Positions 15,456-26,313 of a stretch of 51,699 bases of DNA are shown here, one piece after another (positions within the stretch are counted from its first letter, which is position 1; the number at the start of each line of letters is the position of its first letter). The stretch lies in contig JAZULC010000018.1 in NCBI GenBank assembly GCA_045643605.1, positions 1 to 51,699 of the forward strand, given 5' to 3'. The notes beneath the pieces are model-generated. The model searched no databases. It saw nothing but the letters and a program-made list of their open reading frames with translations, and was not told the DNA's origin. This DNA is from Alphaproteobacteria bacterium (lineage in GTDB: Bacteria > Pseudomonadota > Alphaproteobacteria > RF32 > CAG-239). Position numbers and translations under genes: made by a program.

Positions 15456-16538
15456 ATGAAAGTTGACATTTTTGATTTTGATTTTGACAGAAACTTGATA
15501 GCATCAGAACCGGCAAATCCTCGTGATTCTTCCCGCTTATTAGATTTGTCCGAAGAAAATATAATTTCCGATCGTCATTTTTTTGACTTGCCTAAATTAT
15601 TAAAAAAAGGAGATATCCTTGTTTTTAATGACACAAAAGTTATTCCTGCTCGGTTATATGCAAAAAAAGGCAATGCCCTGTTAGAAATTACACTTTATCA
15701 TCCTCAAGAAGCACTTATTTGGCACTCATTTATAAAAAATGCAAAACGGCTAAAAAACGGAGATATTATCTCTTTTTATACTTCTGATATTGATGCCGAA
15801 GAATCGGATTTTTCTGCAAAAGTTATTGAAAAGCAAGGTGAAGAAGGTGTTCTGTTAGAGTTTAATTGTTCTGTTGACAATTTTGCATCAATGATAGAAA
15901 AATACGGATCTATGCCTTTGCCCCCATATATAAAAAGAGAACGTCCGCAAAAAGGGCTTTGGCAAAAGTATAATGACAAAGAAAATTATCAAACTGTTTA
16001 TGCAAAAAATCAAGGTGCGGTTGCAGCACCTACCGCCGGATTACATTTTACACAAAGATTACTCAAAGAAATTAACGATATGGGTGTAAATAGCGTATTT
16101 TTGACATTGCATGTCGGAGCCGGAACTTTTTTGCCGGTTAAAACCGAAGATACAAAAGACCACAAAATGCACTCTGAATTCGGTATTATCAGCCAAGAAT
16201 CCTGCGATATTATCAACAATGCAAAAAAAGAAGGACGTCGTGTAATCGCCGTAGGAACAACATCTGTCAGGTTATTAGAAAGTGCAGCAGACGAAAATGG
16301 TGTGTTGCATCCATTTTGCGGAGAAACATCTATTTTCATTACTCCGGGATATAAATTTAGAATTATAGATTATATAATTACGAATTTTCACTTGCCGAAA
16401 TCAACGCTTTTTATGCTTATTTGTGCTATAGCCGGAACAGAAAGAATGAAAAATGCATACGCTCACGCCATAAAAGAAAAATATCGTTTTTATTCGTATG
16501 GTGACAGTTCTATTTTAAAATGCATAAATAAAATTTAA
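15456..16538 (+). CDS. queA: S-adenosylmethionine:tRNA ribosyltransferase-isomerase
   Basis: MKVDIFDFDFDRNLIASEPANPRDSSRLL, VFNDTKVIPARL, AAPTAGLHFT and VGTTSVRLLES are typical QueA blocks. The track start at 15396 (TTG) adds 20 unlikely residues. Confidence 0.93.
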   Translation: MKVDIFDFDFDRNLIASEPANPRDSSRLLDLSEENIISDRHFFDLPKLLKKGDILVFNDTKVIPARLYAKKGNALLEITLYHPQEALIWHSFIKNAKRLKNGDIISFYTSDIDAEESDFSAKVIEKQGEEGVLLEFNCSVDNFASMIEKYGSMPLPPYIKRERPQKGLWQKYNDKENYQTVYAKNQGAVAAPTAGLHFTQRLLKEINDMGVNSVFLTLHVGAGTFLPVKTEDTKDHKMHSEFGIISQESCDIINNAKKEGRRVIAVGTTSVRLLESAADENGVLHPFCGETSIFITPGYKFRIIDYIITNFHLPKSTLFMLICAIAGTERMKNAYAHAIKEKYRFYSYGDSSILKCINKI

Positions 16539-16590
16539 ACTTTTATCAGATATATTTTATTCTGTATTTAATCACATACAAGAGGCGATT

Positions 16591-17781
16591 TTGAATTTCA
16601 TATTTTGGAAAAAATTTAATTATGCAATAAAGGTATCTTTTATACCTGTTTTGCTGTTTGCCCTTACATGTTTTCTAATTTGTGCTTTTAGTCCGTTTCC
16701 AAAAGAAGTTATAAATATCCTGCACTATTTGCTTTATTTTTTTATTTTGGCAGATATTTCAGTATTGATATATTATAATAAATCGTATTCATTATGGCCG
16801 ATAATTCTTGTTTTTATTTCATATATAATTTATATAAACACAAAGGCAATAAATGACGGCATTTTTTTTCTATCCGAACCTGCCTACGTTTATACTACTG
16901 TACTACTTCCTGTAAATTTATGCGTTTTTTCTTTTTTTTCAAAAAATGATGATTTTTTCTCTAAAAGAAATCTATATTTGTTATTATTTTTTCTTTGCGA
17001 ATTTGCTATATTTGAGAATTTATGTTTAAAAGATATAAACATTTTTAAATCAGAAACAATCTTTTGCCTGAACACCATCAGTTTTAGCATCTTCTTATAT
17101 TGTACTCTTGTATTTTTATTTCGTGCATGTAAAGAAGAAAATTTTTCTGCTTATATAAGATTTTTTTGTGCAACAGCCATATTTTTAGCATTTTTATTTT
17201 CTGCACAAATTTCTGTTGTTTGTATGTTTTTTCTGTTTGCAGTTATTACTTGTTTTTTTAGGACACTATATGACATTAAATATGCAGAATATTTTGATAA
17301 AAAAACAGGTGTCTTTAACAAAAATTCATATATGAAACATGTAGAAAAAATCATGTTATCAAATATAAAAAAAATAAACACCAAAGCTGCAAACTCTGTT
17401 ATTTGTATTACAAAAATTGACAACTATAATCAGTTACGTCAAACAATCAGTAAACGACAATTTGAAAATTTATTAAAAATGGCTGTTTCTCAAATTGCTT
17501 CTTTGAGCAACATTTCTGAAATATATCGCATAGATAATAATATTTTTATGCTGATTATTTATGAACGAGATATGAATACAAGTTATAATCTTATAGATGA
17601 TGTTCGACGCAAAATTGCTTCTTATACTTTTGTCCTTAAACGTAAAAAAGAACTAAAAATAACAATAACTTCCGTTATTACCGAAAATGGTAGAGGAAAA
17701 GAAAATACAATAAACGTTATCAGTAAAGCTTTTTATAAGTTAAAATCAAGTTTATCCGAAAATATTACCTTACAGTCCTAG
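16591..17781 (+). CDS. Polytopic membrane protein with a C-terminal degenerate GGDEF-like domain
   Basis: About 230 aa of TM helices, then DKKTGVFNKNSYMKH (compare D.LTGL.NRR.F). RIDNNIFMLIIY occupies the position of R.GGDEF.ll. TTG start preceded by AGAGG. Confidence 0.6.
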   Translation: MNFIFWKKFNYAIKVSFIPVLLFALTCFLICAFSPFPKEVINILHYLLYFFILADISVLIYYNKSYSLWPIILVFISYIIYINTKAINDGIFFLSEPAYVYTTVLLPVNLCVFSFFSKNDDFFSKRNLYLLLFFLCEFAIFENLCLKDINIFKSETIFCLNTISFSIFLYCTLVFLFRACKEENFSAYIRFFCATAIFLAFLFSAQISVVCMFFLFAVITCFFRTLYDIKYAEYFDKKTGVFNKNSYMKHVEKIMLSNIKKINTKAANSVICITKIDNYNQLRQTISKRQFENLLKMAVSQIASLSNISEIYRIDNNIFMLIIYERDMNTSYNLIDDVRRKIASYTFVLKRKKELKITITSVITENGRGKENTINVISKAFYKLKSSLSENITLQS

Positions 17782-18559
17782 TTGATTTTACTATTAAATA
17801 AATTCCGCATAACACAAACGGCAACGACAAAATTTGTCCCATTGTAATGTATTTAAAAATATATCCTATTTGAATATCCGGCTCACGGAAAAATTCCATA
17901 AAAAACCTAAAAACACCATAAAAACACAAAAATATTCCGGACTCTAAACCTGTTCGAATACGAATTTTTTGTACTTTCCAACAAAAAAATAAAATTATAA
18001 ATAACAACAGTCCTTCTGTTAATGATTCATAAATCTGTGAAGGATGTCTCGGAACGTATCCTCCGGCAGGAAATCTTATTGCCCACGCAACTTCACTCGG
18101 TCTTCCCCACAATTCTCCATTTACAAAATTTGCTAATCTACCTAAACATATACCTACCGGAACATACACACAAACCATATCTGTTAAAGATAAAAATTGT
18201 TTCTTCATTTTTTTAGATAATATAAATAAAGCGATAATTACTCCTATAATTCCGCCATGAAAAGACATTCCGCCATTCCAAATAGCAAAAATGCTTAAGG
18301 GATTATGTATTAACAAATCCGTTCCATAAACCAGCATATACCCTACCCTACCACCGAGAATAATGCCTAATGTTACATAAAATATTATATCTTCTATATT
18401 TTCTCTTGTAAAAGACAGCTTATACTTTTTTACATCTTTAGAAATCATCAACCATGCAAATAAAATACCTGTCAAATAGGCCATAGAATACCATCTGATG
18501 GCTATAGGTCCGATAGAAAATATTATGGGAGAAATCTCCGGAAAAGCTAAACCTGTCAT
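17765..18559 (-). CDS. lgt: Phosphatidylglycerol--prolipoprotein diacylglyceryl transferase
   Basis: IAIRWYSMAYLTGI, GGRVGY, GGMSFHGG and the signature GRLANFVNGELWGR. Start ATG at 18559 (MTGLAFPEI) or 18568, whereas the track start at 18616 is too long. The 3' end overlaps the convergent gene by 17 nt. Confidence 0.92.
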   Translation of the reverse strand: MTGLAFPEISPIIFSIGPIAIRWYSMAYLTGILFAWLMISKDVKKYKLSFTRENIEDIIFYVTLGIILGGRVGYMLVYGTDLLIHNPLSIFAIWNGGMSFHGGIIGVIIALFILSKKMKKQFLSLTDMVCVYVPVGICLGRLANFVNGELWGRPSEVAWAIRFPAGGYVPRHPSQIYESLTEGLLLFIILFFCWKVQKIRIRTGLESGIFLCFYGVFRFFMEFFREPDIQIGYIFKYITMGQILSLPFVLCGIYLIVKSTRTVR

Positions 18560-18789
18560 TTTGAACATCCGTTTCTTATAAATTGTTAAAAGTATATTAA
18601 AAAAAATATAATCCACACATAAAAAAATTTTTTATCTACAGCAAAACACTTAATGTATTGTTTTTTATAATTTTCTTAAAAATCATAAATTTCATCATAA
18701 TAAAAAAAGTGGAAAACTTTTTATCTTAATTGTAAAATTTAATATAAATGTGCAATCTTATTATGTCAATTAGATAAACGGATTTTAAA

Positions 18790-21407
<2,618 letters not shown>

Positions 21408-21531
21408 AACCCAAAAATAAAAAATTTTAACTACCTAATAATATTTTAATATTCAAATTAAAGTTATTTTTTTTGCTTTACTTTATAGTTATTTTTGATA
21501 AAATTAAACCAGATGAGTTGATTACTCATTT

Positions 21532-21669
21532 GAGGTTTGGTAGCCTCTCACAAGACGTCAATGTAGAGACGAAAATTTGCATGCTTTCTGGCTTTAATGG
21601 CTGGAAGGCGGCAGAATAAGCTATTCCAGTCAATATGTCGCACTATTCTTGTGTAGTTACCAACTTCCA
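21532..21669 (+). ncRNA. ffs: Structured long-hairpin RNA, probably signal recognition particle (4.5S/ffs) RNA
   Basis: GC-enriched island in an AT-rich spacer. The closing helix pairs 21532-21544 with 21656-21668. A perfect 7-bp helix pairs CACAAGA (21549-55) with TCTTGTG (21647-53). The apex is G-C-U[GGAA]G-G-C at 21600-21609. A 4x4 symmetric loop (AAUG / GGCA) follows, then a 3-bp helix, a single 3' nucleotide and a further helix. This parallels the E. coli 4.5S domain IV layout GGAAGCAGCC-A-AGGCAG. An intrinsic terminator follows. Confidence 0.55.
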
Positions 21670-21670
21670 G

Positions 21671-21697
21671 TCGCCTTTAATCATGGCGATTTTTATT
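21671..21697 (+). terminator. Rho-independent terminator of the ncRNA
   Basis: TCGCC-TTTAATCAT-GGCGA followed by TTTTTATTTT. Confidence 0.6.
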
Positions 21698-21729
21698 TTA
21701 TTTAATTTTAATAAAAAGGAATGTATAAC

Positions 21730-22599
21730 ATGAACACAAAATTTTTAAAAACAGTATTTTTCTTAGTAGTTTTTTTCTATTTTGATTTGGCTATTGGAAA
21801 AGTTATCATTGATAAATCTGATAATGATTCATCTAAAATGTGTGGAACAAATTGTAATTGGATTCTGTATGATGATGGAAAATTAGAAATTTCAGGAAGC
21901 GGAGACATGAATGAGTTTGAAGATATTTACGATGAAAACGATATGGCAATTGGAATTACAACAGCTCCTTGGAGTGAATATATCAATAGCATAACAACAG
22001 TCATCGTCAATAATGGAATAACAAGAGTTGGTAGCAAAGCTTTTGCTTATGCTAATAACTTAACAGATGTTCAATTAGATTCTGAATCTATTTCAACAAT
22101 AGGAGGATCTGCATTTTTTGGCACAAAAAACTTAAAACATATAATTATTCCCTCTTCTGTTGAAGGTTTAGAAGAAGAACTTTTTGAAAACTCTGGCATT
22201 GAAGAACTTACGATTGAGGGAAATCCGGCATTAGGTTCAATTATGTTTGATGGATGTGACCAACAAATCACAATAAATTATAAAAATGACGATATTTATG
22301 AATTATGTGAAGAAATATATCCAGACTATGATTTAAATTTTTTAAAATATATTTATAATGATGATGGAAGCATAGATTATTACAAACCAAACGGAACAAA
22401 TGAAAATGGAGAACAAATATACTCTTTAGTAAAATCTACCAACACTAATGGTATCACCAATTTATATAATAATGGCAAAATAACTACTCGACTAGATAAA
22501 AATGGAAATATAATTAAACGAACTTTTTACACAATCAAAGAAGCAAATGAAGATACACCGAACTCAAAAGGTAAATATTCAATCCGCCTTTCATTTTAA
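21730..22599 (+). CDS. Secreted BspA-type leucine-rich repeat (LRR_5-like) protein with a YD-like C-terminal segment
   Basis: Signal-like N-terminus (FLKTVFFLVVFFYFDLAIG). CGTNCNWILYDDGKLEISGSGDM, then ITRVGSKAFAYANNLTDVQLDSESISTIGGSAFFGTKNLKHIIIPSSVEGLEEELFENSGIEELTI matches the BspA-like LRR pattern. The C-terminus YIYNDDGSIDYY...NGKITTRLDKNGNIIKRTFY is weakly YD-repeat-like. The ATG at 21730 has better SD spacing than 21721. Confidence 0.7.
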   Translation: MNTKFLKTVFFLVVFFYFDLAIGKVIIDKSDNDSSKMCGTNCNWILYDDGKLEISGSGDMNEFEDIYDENDMAIGITTAPWSEYINSITTVIVNNGITRVGSKAFAYANNLTDVQLDSESISTIGGSAFFGTKNLKHIIIPSSVEGLEEELFENSGIEELTIEGNPALGSIMFDGCDQQITINYKNDDIYELCEEIYPDYDLNFLKYIYNDDGSIDYYKPNGTNENGEQIYSLVKSTNTNGITNLYNNGKITTRLDKNGNIIKRTFYTIKEANEDTPNSKGKYSIRLSF

Positions 22600-22627
22600 T
22601 ATTATTTGAATAACAATCCTTCTTAAA

Positions 22628-23392
22628 CTAGAGGGATTGTTGTTCAGCATTATCAATGTTTAAAAAGAAAAAGTCATAAGCTTTTGCAATAGCATAATTT
22701 CCTAATACCAATATCGGAGAGCACAAAAACCACATTATGCTTTCATTTAGTGCATATTTTTCAAAAAACAAATGCACCAATTCAAACGGTAAATCAAATA
22801 ACAACATCAGTAAAAGAAAATTAAAATAATTACCTTTTGTATTATTAAAAGCATTACTGATTGCTCCGCTTCGTCCTATAACAGAAGATATCCATGCAAA
22901 CATAGGCCTTACGAAAATCAATGGCGACAGTAAAAATAACAAAAAATCAAATACAAACAATGGAGATATATTCTTTCCTTTAATACTTTCTGTTTGTCCA
23001 ATAGTTTGTATACTTGACATATATTTATCAACAAACAAAGCATATTCGTCATTATACCCCATTAATAACGGGATATATGGCAACAAAATAATTCCCAAAC
23101 ACAAAATAAAACAAATCACTATAATTTTGGTTGAAGGAACTAAAGTTCCAAAAATTTTTTTAGTAAATACAATTGGCTTTTTATGATAATAAAACCTGAA
23201 AAAAGCAAACCAAAATGCATAATACACACAAACCCACGGCAAAAATAAATAGCTGGAGCTTGATTTAACAAAAAGAACAAAAAGTTGTAAAAAAGTAAAA
23301 TTTATAATAGAAAAAGAAACAACATCTTCCGGTTTTTTCTTTATAATATCTATCAATTCTTCTACAATATATTGTATTGATAATGACTTCAT
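22628..23392 (-). CDS. Hypothetical polytopic membrane protein
   Basis: 254-aa ORF with about 6 hydrophobic spans. No family recognised. Confidence 0.55.
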   Translation of the reverse strand: MKSLSIQYIVEELIDIIKKKPEDVVSFSIINFTFLQLFVLFVKSSSSYLFLPWVCVYYAFWFAFFRFYYHKKPIVFTKKIFGTLVPSTKIIVICFILCLGIILLPYIPLLMGYNDEYALFVDKYMSSIQTIGQTESIKGKNISPLFVFDFLLFLLSPLIFVRPMFAWISSVIGRSGAISNAFNNTKGNYFNFLLLMLLFDLPFELVHLFFEKYALNESIMWFLCSPILVLGNYAIAKAYDFFFLNIDNAEQQSL

Positions 23393-23533
23393 TTTCTTAC
23401 CAAAAACATTAAACTTCGCAAGAATCTATCACAATTTTTATATTTTTGCAATAGCTGTTAACAATATCAACAAAACAATCATAATAATCATTGGCAACAA
23501 TACAAATTTGTGTGTTTTTAATTGCAATTTTGC

Positions 23534-23561
23534 TTGATAATAATTATTTCTTTTATATAAT
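23534..23561 (+). promoter_or_regulatory. Candidate sigma70 promoter of infC
   Basis: TTGATA, 16 nt, then TATAAT, ending about 20 nt upstream of the AGGAGG SD at 23583-23588. Confidence 0.4.
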
Positions 23562-23593
23562 AGCTTTGTATTTAATTTTTTTAGGAGGCAAAA

Positions 23594-24133
23594 ATAGTAA
23601 TAGAAAGCGCAAATGCGCCGGCACGTACTGATGACGGACCACGCATAAATAACGGAATTAAAGCCAAAGAAATTCGTTTAATAGATGAACAAGGAGAAAA
23701 TTGCGGAGTTGTTTCCCTGAAACAAGCTCTTTTGATGGCAGAAAATGTCGGTTTAGATTTAATAGAAATTTCTCCAAACACTAATCCACCTGTTTGTAAA
23801 ATTCTTGATTTCGGAAAATACAAATACGAACAACAAAAACGAAAAAATGAAACCAAAAAAAATCAAAAGGTTATCAGTATTAAAGAATTAAAACTGCGTC
23901 CAATGATTGAAGAACATGATTATGATGTTAAAATTAAGCAGGCAAAAAAATTTTTATCTCAAGGGGACAAAGTTAAATTCACAATGCGTTTCAAGGGGCG
24001 TGAAATGAGCGCCAACAATATGGGAGAAACTATATTAAACAGGATTATTGAAGATCTTAATGATGTTTGCAAAGTGGATTCTCCTGCAAAAAATGAGGGC
24101 AGACAGATTTGTCTGATTGTCGCTCCAAATTAA
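23594..24133 (+). CDS. infC: Translation initiation factor IF-3, non-canonical ATA start
   Basis: The frame is open from the TAG at 23582. Upstream of the track start it encodes ...APARTDDGPRINNGIKAKEIRLIDEQGENCGVVSLKQALLMAENVGLDLIEISPNTNPPVCKILDFGKYKYE, the conserved IF-3 N-domain. There is no in-frame ATG, GTG or TTG between 23585 and 23731. AGGAGG lies 5 nt before the ATA at 23594, and a second ATA lies at 23600. Confidence 0.88.
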   Translation: MVIESANAPARTDDGPRINNGIKAKEIRLIDEQGENCGVVSLKQALLMAENVGLDLIEISPNTNPPVCKILDFGKYKYEQQKRKNETKKNQKVISIKELKLRPMIEEHDYDVKIKQAKKFLSQGDKVKFTMRFKGREMSANNMGETILNRIIEDLNDVCKVDSPAKNEGRQICLIVAPN

Positions 24134-24161
24134 TGCTTGATTTTATGAAAGGAATATTAAT

Positions 24162-24452
24162 ATGAAAAAATTTGTAATTATCATCGGTTGTTTTTTGATA
24201 TGCTCTTGCACAAATTTGCAACAATATAATTCATCAGTTACAACAGAAATGAAAAGTTGCCTGATAACAGAAGCAAATTCTCGTTTACAAGCAGGAACAT
24301 TGTTTACAAATTCAGTAAAGACTACGGCATCTGAAATTGTAAGCAGTTGTACTAAACAATTAGCTCTTCAGTCAACAGGCATAGATAATCAAACACAAAA
24401 TATGGCAGAAAATATTATTTCCGGTTTGAAAGCCGTTTCAACAACAAAATAA
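24162..24452 (+). CDS. Small putative lipoprotein
   Basis: MKKFVIIIGCFLICSC gives a signal peptide with a lipobox-like ICSC. 96 aa, Ser/Thr-rich, terminator downstream. Confidence 0.55.
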   Translation: MKKFVIIIGCFLICSCTNLQQYNSSVTTEMKSCLITEANSRLQAGTLFTNSVKTTASEIVSSCTKQLALQSTGIDNQTQNMAENIISGLKAVSTTK

Positions 24453-24471
24453 TGTTTTATAAAAACAATTA

Positions 24472-24509
24472 AATATCGGTGGCAGACACATTTGTCGCCG
24501 ATATTTTTT
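24472..24509 (+). terminator. Rho-independent terminator
   Basis: About 12-bp stem (ATATCGGTGGC / GTCGCCGATAT, with G-U pairs) followed by TTTTTT. Confidence 0.65.
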
Positions 24510-24605
24510 ATTGGATTTTCAGATTTGTTCTTTTCATAAAAATATTTGACTTTTAAATTTTTAATCAATATACCTTTATATATTTTTAAATGATAGGTGG
24601 ATGCT

Positions 24606-25994
24606 ATGATACTTTTTCTATTTTCCGTTTTGCTATTAATTCTCGGATATATTTTTTACGGAGCTTTAGTTGAAAAAATTTGGGGATTACGTGGAGAAAT
24701 TACTCCGGCTATAGACCATCCTGATGGGGTAGATTATGTGCCATTTAAAACCTATAAAGCATTTTTGGTACAATTTTTGAATATCGCCGGATTAGGACCT
24801 GTTTTCGGAGCAATTTTTGGAGCTGTATATGGTCCTGTATGTTTATTATGGATAGTATTCGGAAGCATTTTCGCCGGAGCAGTTCACGATTATCTGTCAG
24901 GTATGCTGTCATTACATCATGACGGAAAATCTTTGATTTATTTAATGGAAATATATTTCGGCAAAAAAACGAAATATTTTACACTTTTTATATTAATTGC
25001 CTTGTTACTTTTAGTCGGTACAATTTTTGCAAAAAGTCCGGCAAAAATGCTTAGTGAGATGACTGATTTAAATATTTGGATATGGATAGGTATTGTTTTT
25101 TCATACTATTTTATTGCAACGTTGCTACCTATTGATAAAATTATCGGTAGTTTATATCCTCTATTTGCATTATGCCTACTGATAAGTAGTTTAGTATTGA
25201 TTATAGTATTGTTCTCTCATAATGTTCCGGCTTTATTAGATTTTAGTCTTCAAAACAATCATCCTCAAGGGATTCCTATTTTTCCACTATTGTTTGTTAC
25301 AATAGCGTGCGGTGCTATCAGCGGATTTCATGCAACCCAATCCCCGATGATTGCAAGGTGTCTAAAAAATGAAAAAAACGGCAGAATAGTTTTTTATGGA
25401 GCAATGATTTTAGAAGGAATTGTTGCACTTGTTTGGGCAACTTTAGGAATTGCATTTTATCCCTCAACACATCAGTTATTTGCTTCAATACAAGCTTCTG
25501 ATGCCGGTGGCGTTATTACTGAAATTGCAACAGGATTATTGGGAAAATATGGAGCTATTGCTACAATTTTTTCAGTAATTATATTAGCAATTACAACCGG
25601 AGATACTTGTTTCAGATCTGCAAGATTAATTTTGGCAGATTCATTAAAATTACCTCAAAATAAATTTTCTTTCCGACTAATCTTATCATTATGCGTTCTT
25701 TCTGGCGGAGTCTTTTTATCAGTAATTGATGTTAGTCTTATTTGGCGTTATTTTGGCTGGATGAATCAAACGCTCGCAATGTTTACACTATGGCTTGTAA
25801 CCGTATATCTACGCAAATCAGGAAAATTCTTCTGGATTTCTCTTGTACCGGCAGTATTTATGACCAGTGTTTGTGCCACATATGTAGCTTACGATAAATT
25901 ATTTTTCAATTTACCGATTAACATATCTTGCGTAATTGGAACAGTAGTAAGCGCATTAGTATTATTAGCATTTTGCACCTATAGGAAAAAATAA
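24606..25994 (+). CDS. cstA: Carbon starvation protein CstA-family transporter
   Basis: N-terminal block LLILGYIFYGALVEKIW...DGVDYVP...FLVQFLNIAGLGPVFGAIFGAVYGP...GAVHDY is typical of CstA. Polytopic. The ATG at 24606 follows AGGTGG, and the GTG at 24597 is the alternative start. Confidence 0.85.
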   Translation: MILFLFSVLLLILGYIFYGALVEKIWGLRGEITPAIDHPDGVDYVPFKTYKAFLVQFLNIAGLGPVFGAIFGAVYGPVCLLWIVFGSIFAGAVHDYLSGMLSLHHDGKSLIYLMEIYFGKKTKYFTLFILIALLLLVGTIFAKSPAKMLSEMTDLNIWIWIGIVFSYYFIATLLPIDKIIGSLYPLFALCLLISSLVLIIVLFSHNVPALLDFSLQNNHPQGIPIFPLLFVTIACGAISGFHATQSPMIARCLKNEKNGRIVFYGAMILEGIVALVWATLGIAFYPSTHQLFASIQASDAGGVITEIATGLLGKYGAIATIFSVIILAITTGDTCFRSARLILADSLKLPQNKFSFRLILSLCVLSGGVFLSVIDVSLIWRYFGWMNQTLAMFTLWLVTVYLRKSGKFFWISLVPAVFMTSVCATYVAYDKLFFNLPINISCVIGTVVSALVLLAFCTYRKK

Positions 25995-26060
25995 AATGAA
26001 CCATTCAAAGACTAATACGATATATTGCCGGTCATAATATTCAAAGTATCCAGACAAAAT

Positions 26061-26097
26061 AAAAAGGGTCTGATAGTTTTTCAGAACCCTTATTTTG
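26061..26097. terminator. Bidirectional terminator between cstA and tRNA-Arg
   Basis: AAGGGTCTGA-TAGTTTT-TCAGAACCCTT with T-runs available on both strands. Confidence 0.6.
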
Positions 26098-26099
26098 AT

Positions 26100-26176
26100 T
26101 GGCGCGCCCTAGACGATTCGAACGTCTGACCCACAGCTTAGAAGGCTGTTGCTCTATCCTGCTGAGCTAAGGGCGC
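26100..26176 (-). tRNA. tRNA-Arg (anticodon UCU), CCA encoded
   Basis: The reverse complement GCGCCCT-TA-GCTC-AGCAGGATA-GAGC-A-ACAGC-CTTCTAA-GCTGT-GGGTC-AGACG-TTCGAAT-CGTCT-AGGGCGC-G-CCA folds as a canonical 77-nt cloverleaf. Confidence 0.93.
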
Positions 26177-26313
26177 ATCAGATTGTGTGTAAGATATACC
26201 TTTTTCTTTTCTTGTCAACATAAAATTTACATTTCACATAATCAAAAAGTGTTGACAAAAATTTCTAAATGTTATATATGTGTTTTGAAGTTAACTAAAA
26301 ATTATATTTTATT

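Noticed and set aside
21480-21700. An alternative reading of the structured spacer as tmRNA, RNase P RNA or a riboswitch for the LRR gene.
   Set aside because: It is too short for tmRNA or RNase P. It has no tag ORF and no tRNA-like acceptor/T-arm. It has its own terminator and a single long hairpin with a GGAA apex, which fits SRP RNA better. A 6S-like RNA cannot be fully excluded.
22611-22642. Hairpin AACAATCC...GGATTGTT between the convergent LRR and membrane-protein genes, as a possible terminator.
   Set aside because: The loop is long (about 14 nt). The stem overlaps the 3' end of the minus-strand ORF, and there is no clean T-run. The evidence is too weak to list as a feature.
23581-23856. 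91-aa minus-strand ORF.
   Set aside because: It overlaps the true 5' part of infC on the opposite strand. The plus-strand frame encodes the conserved IF-3 N-domain.
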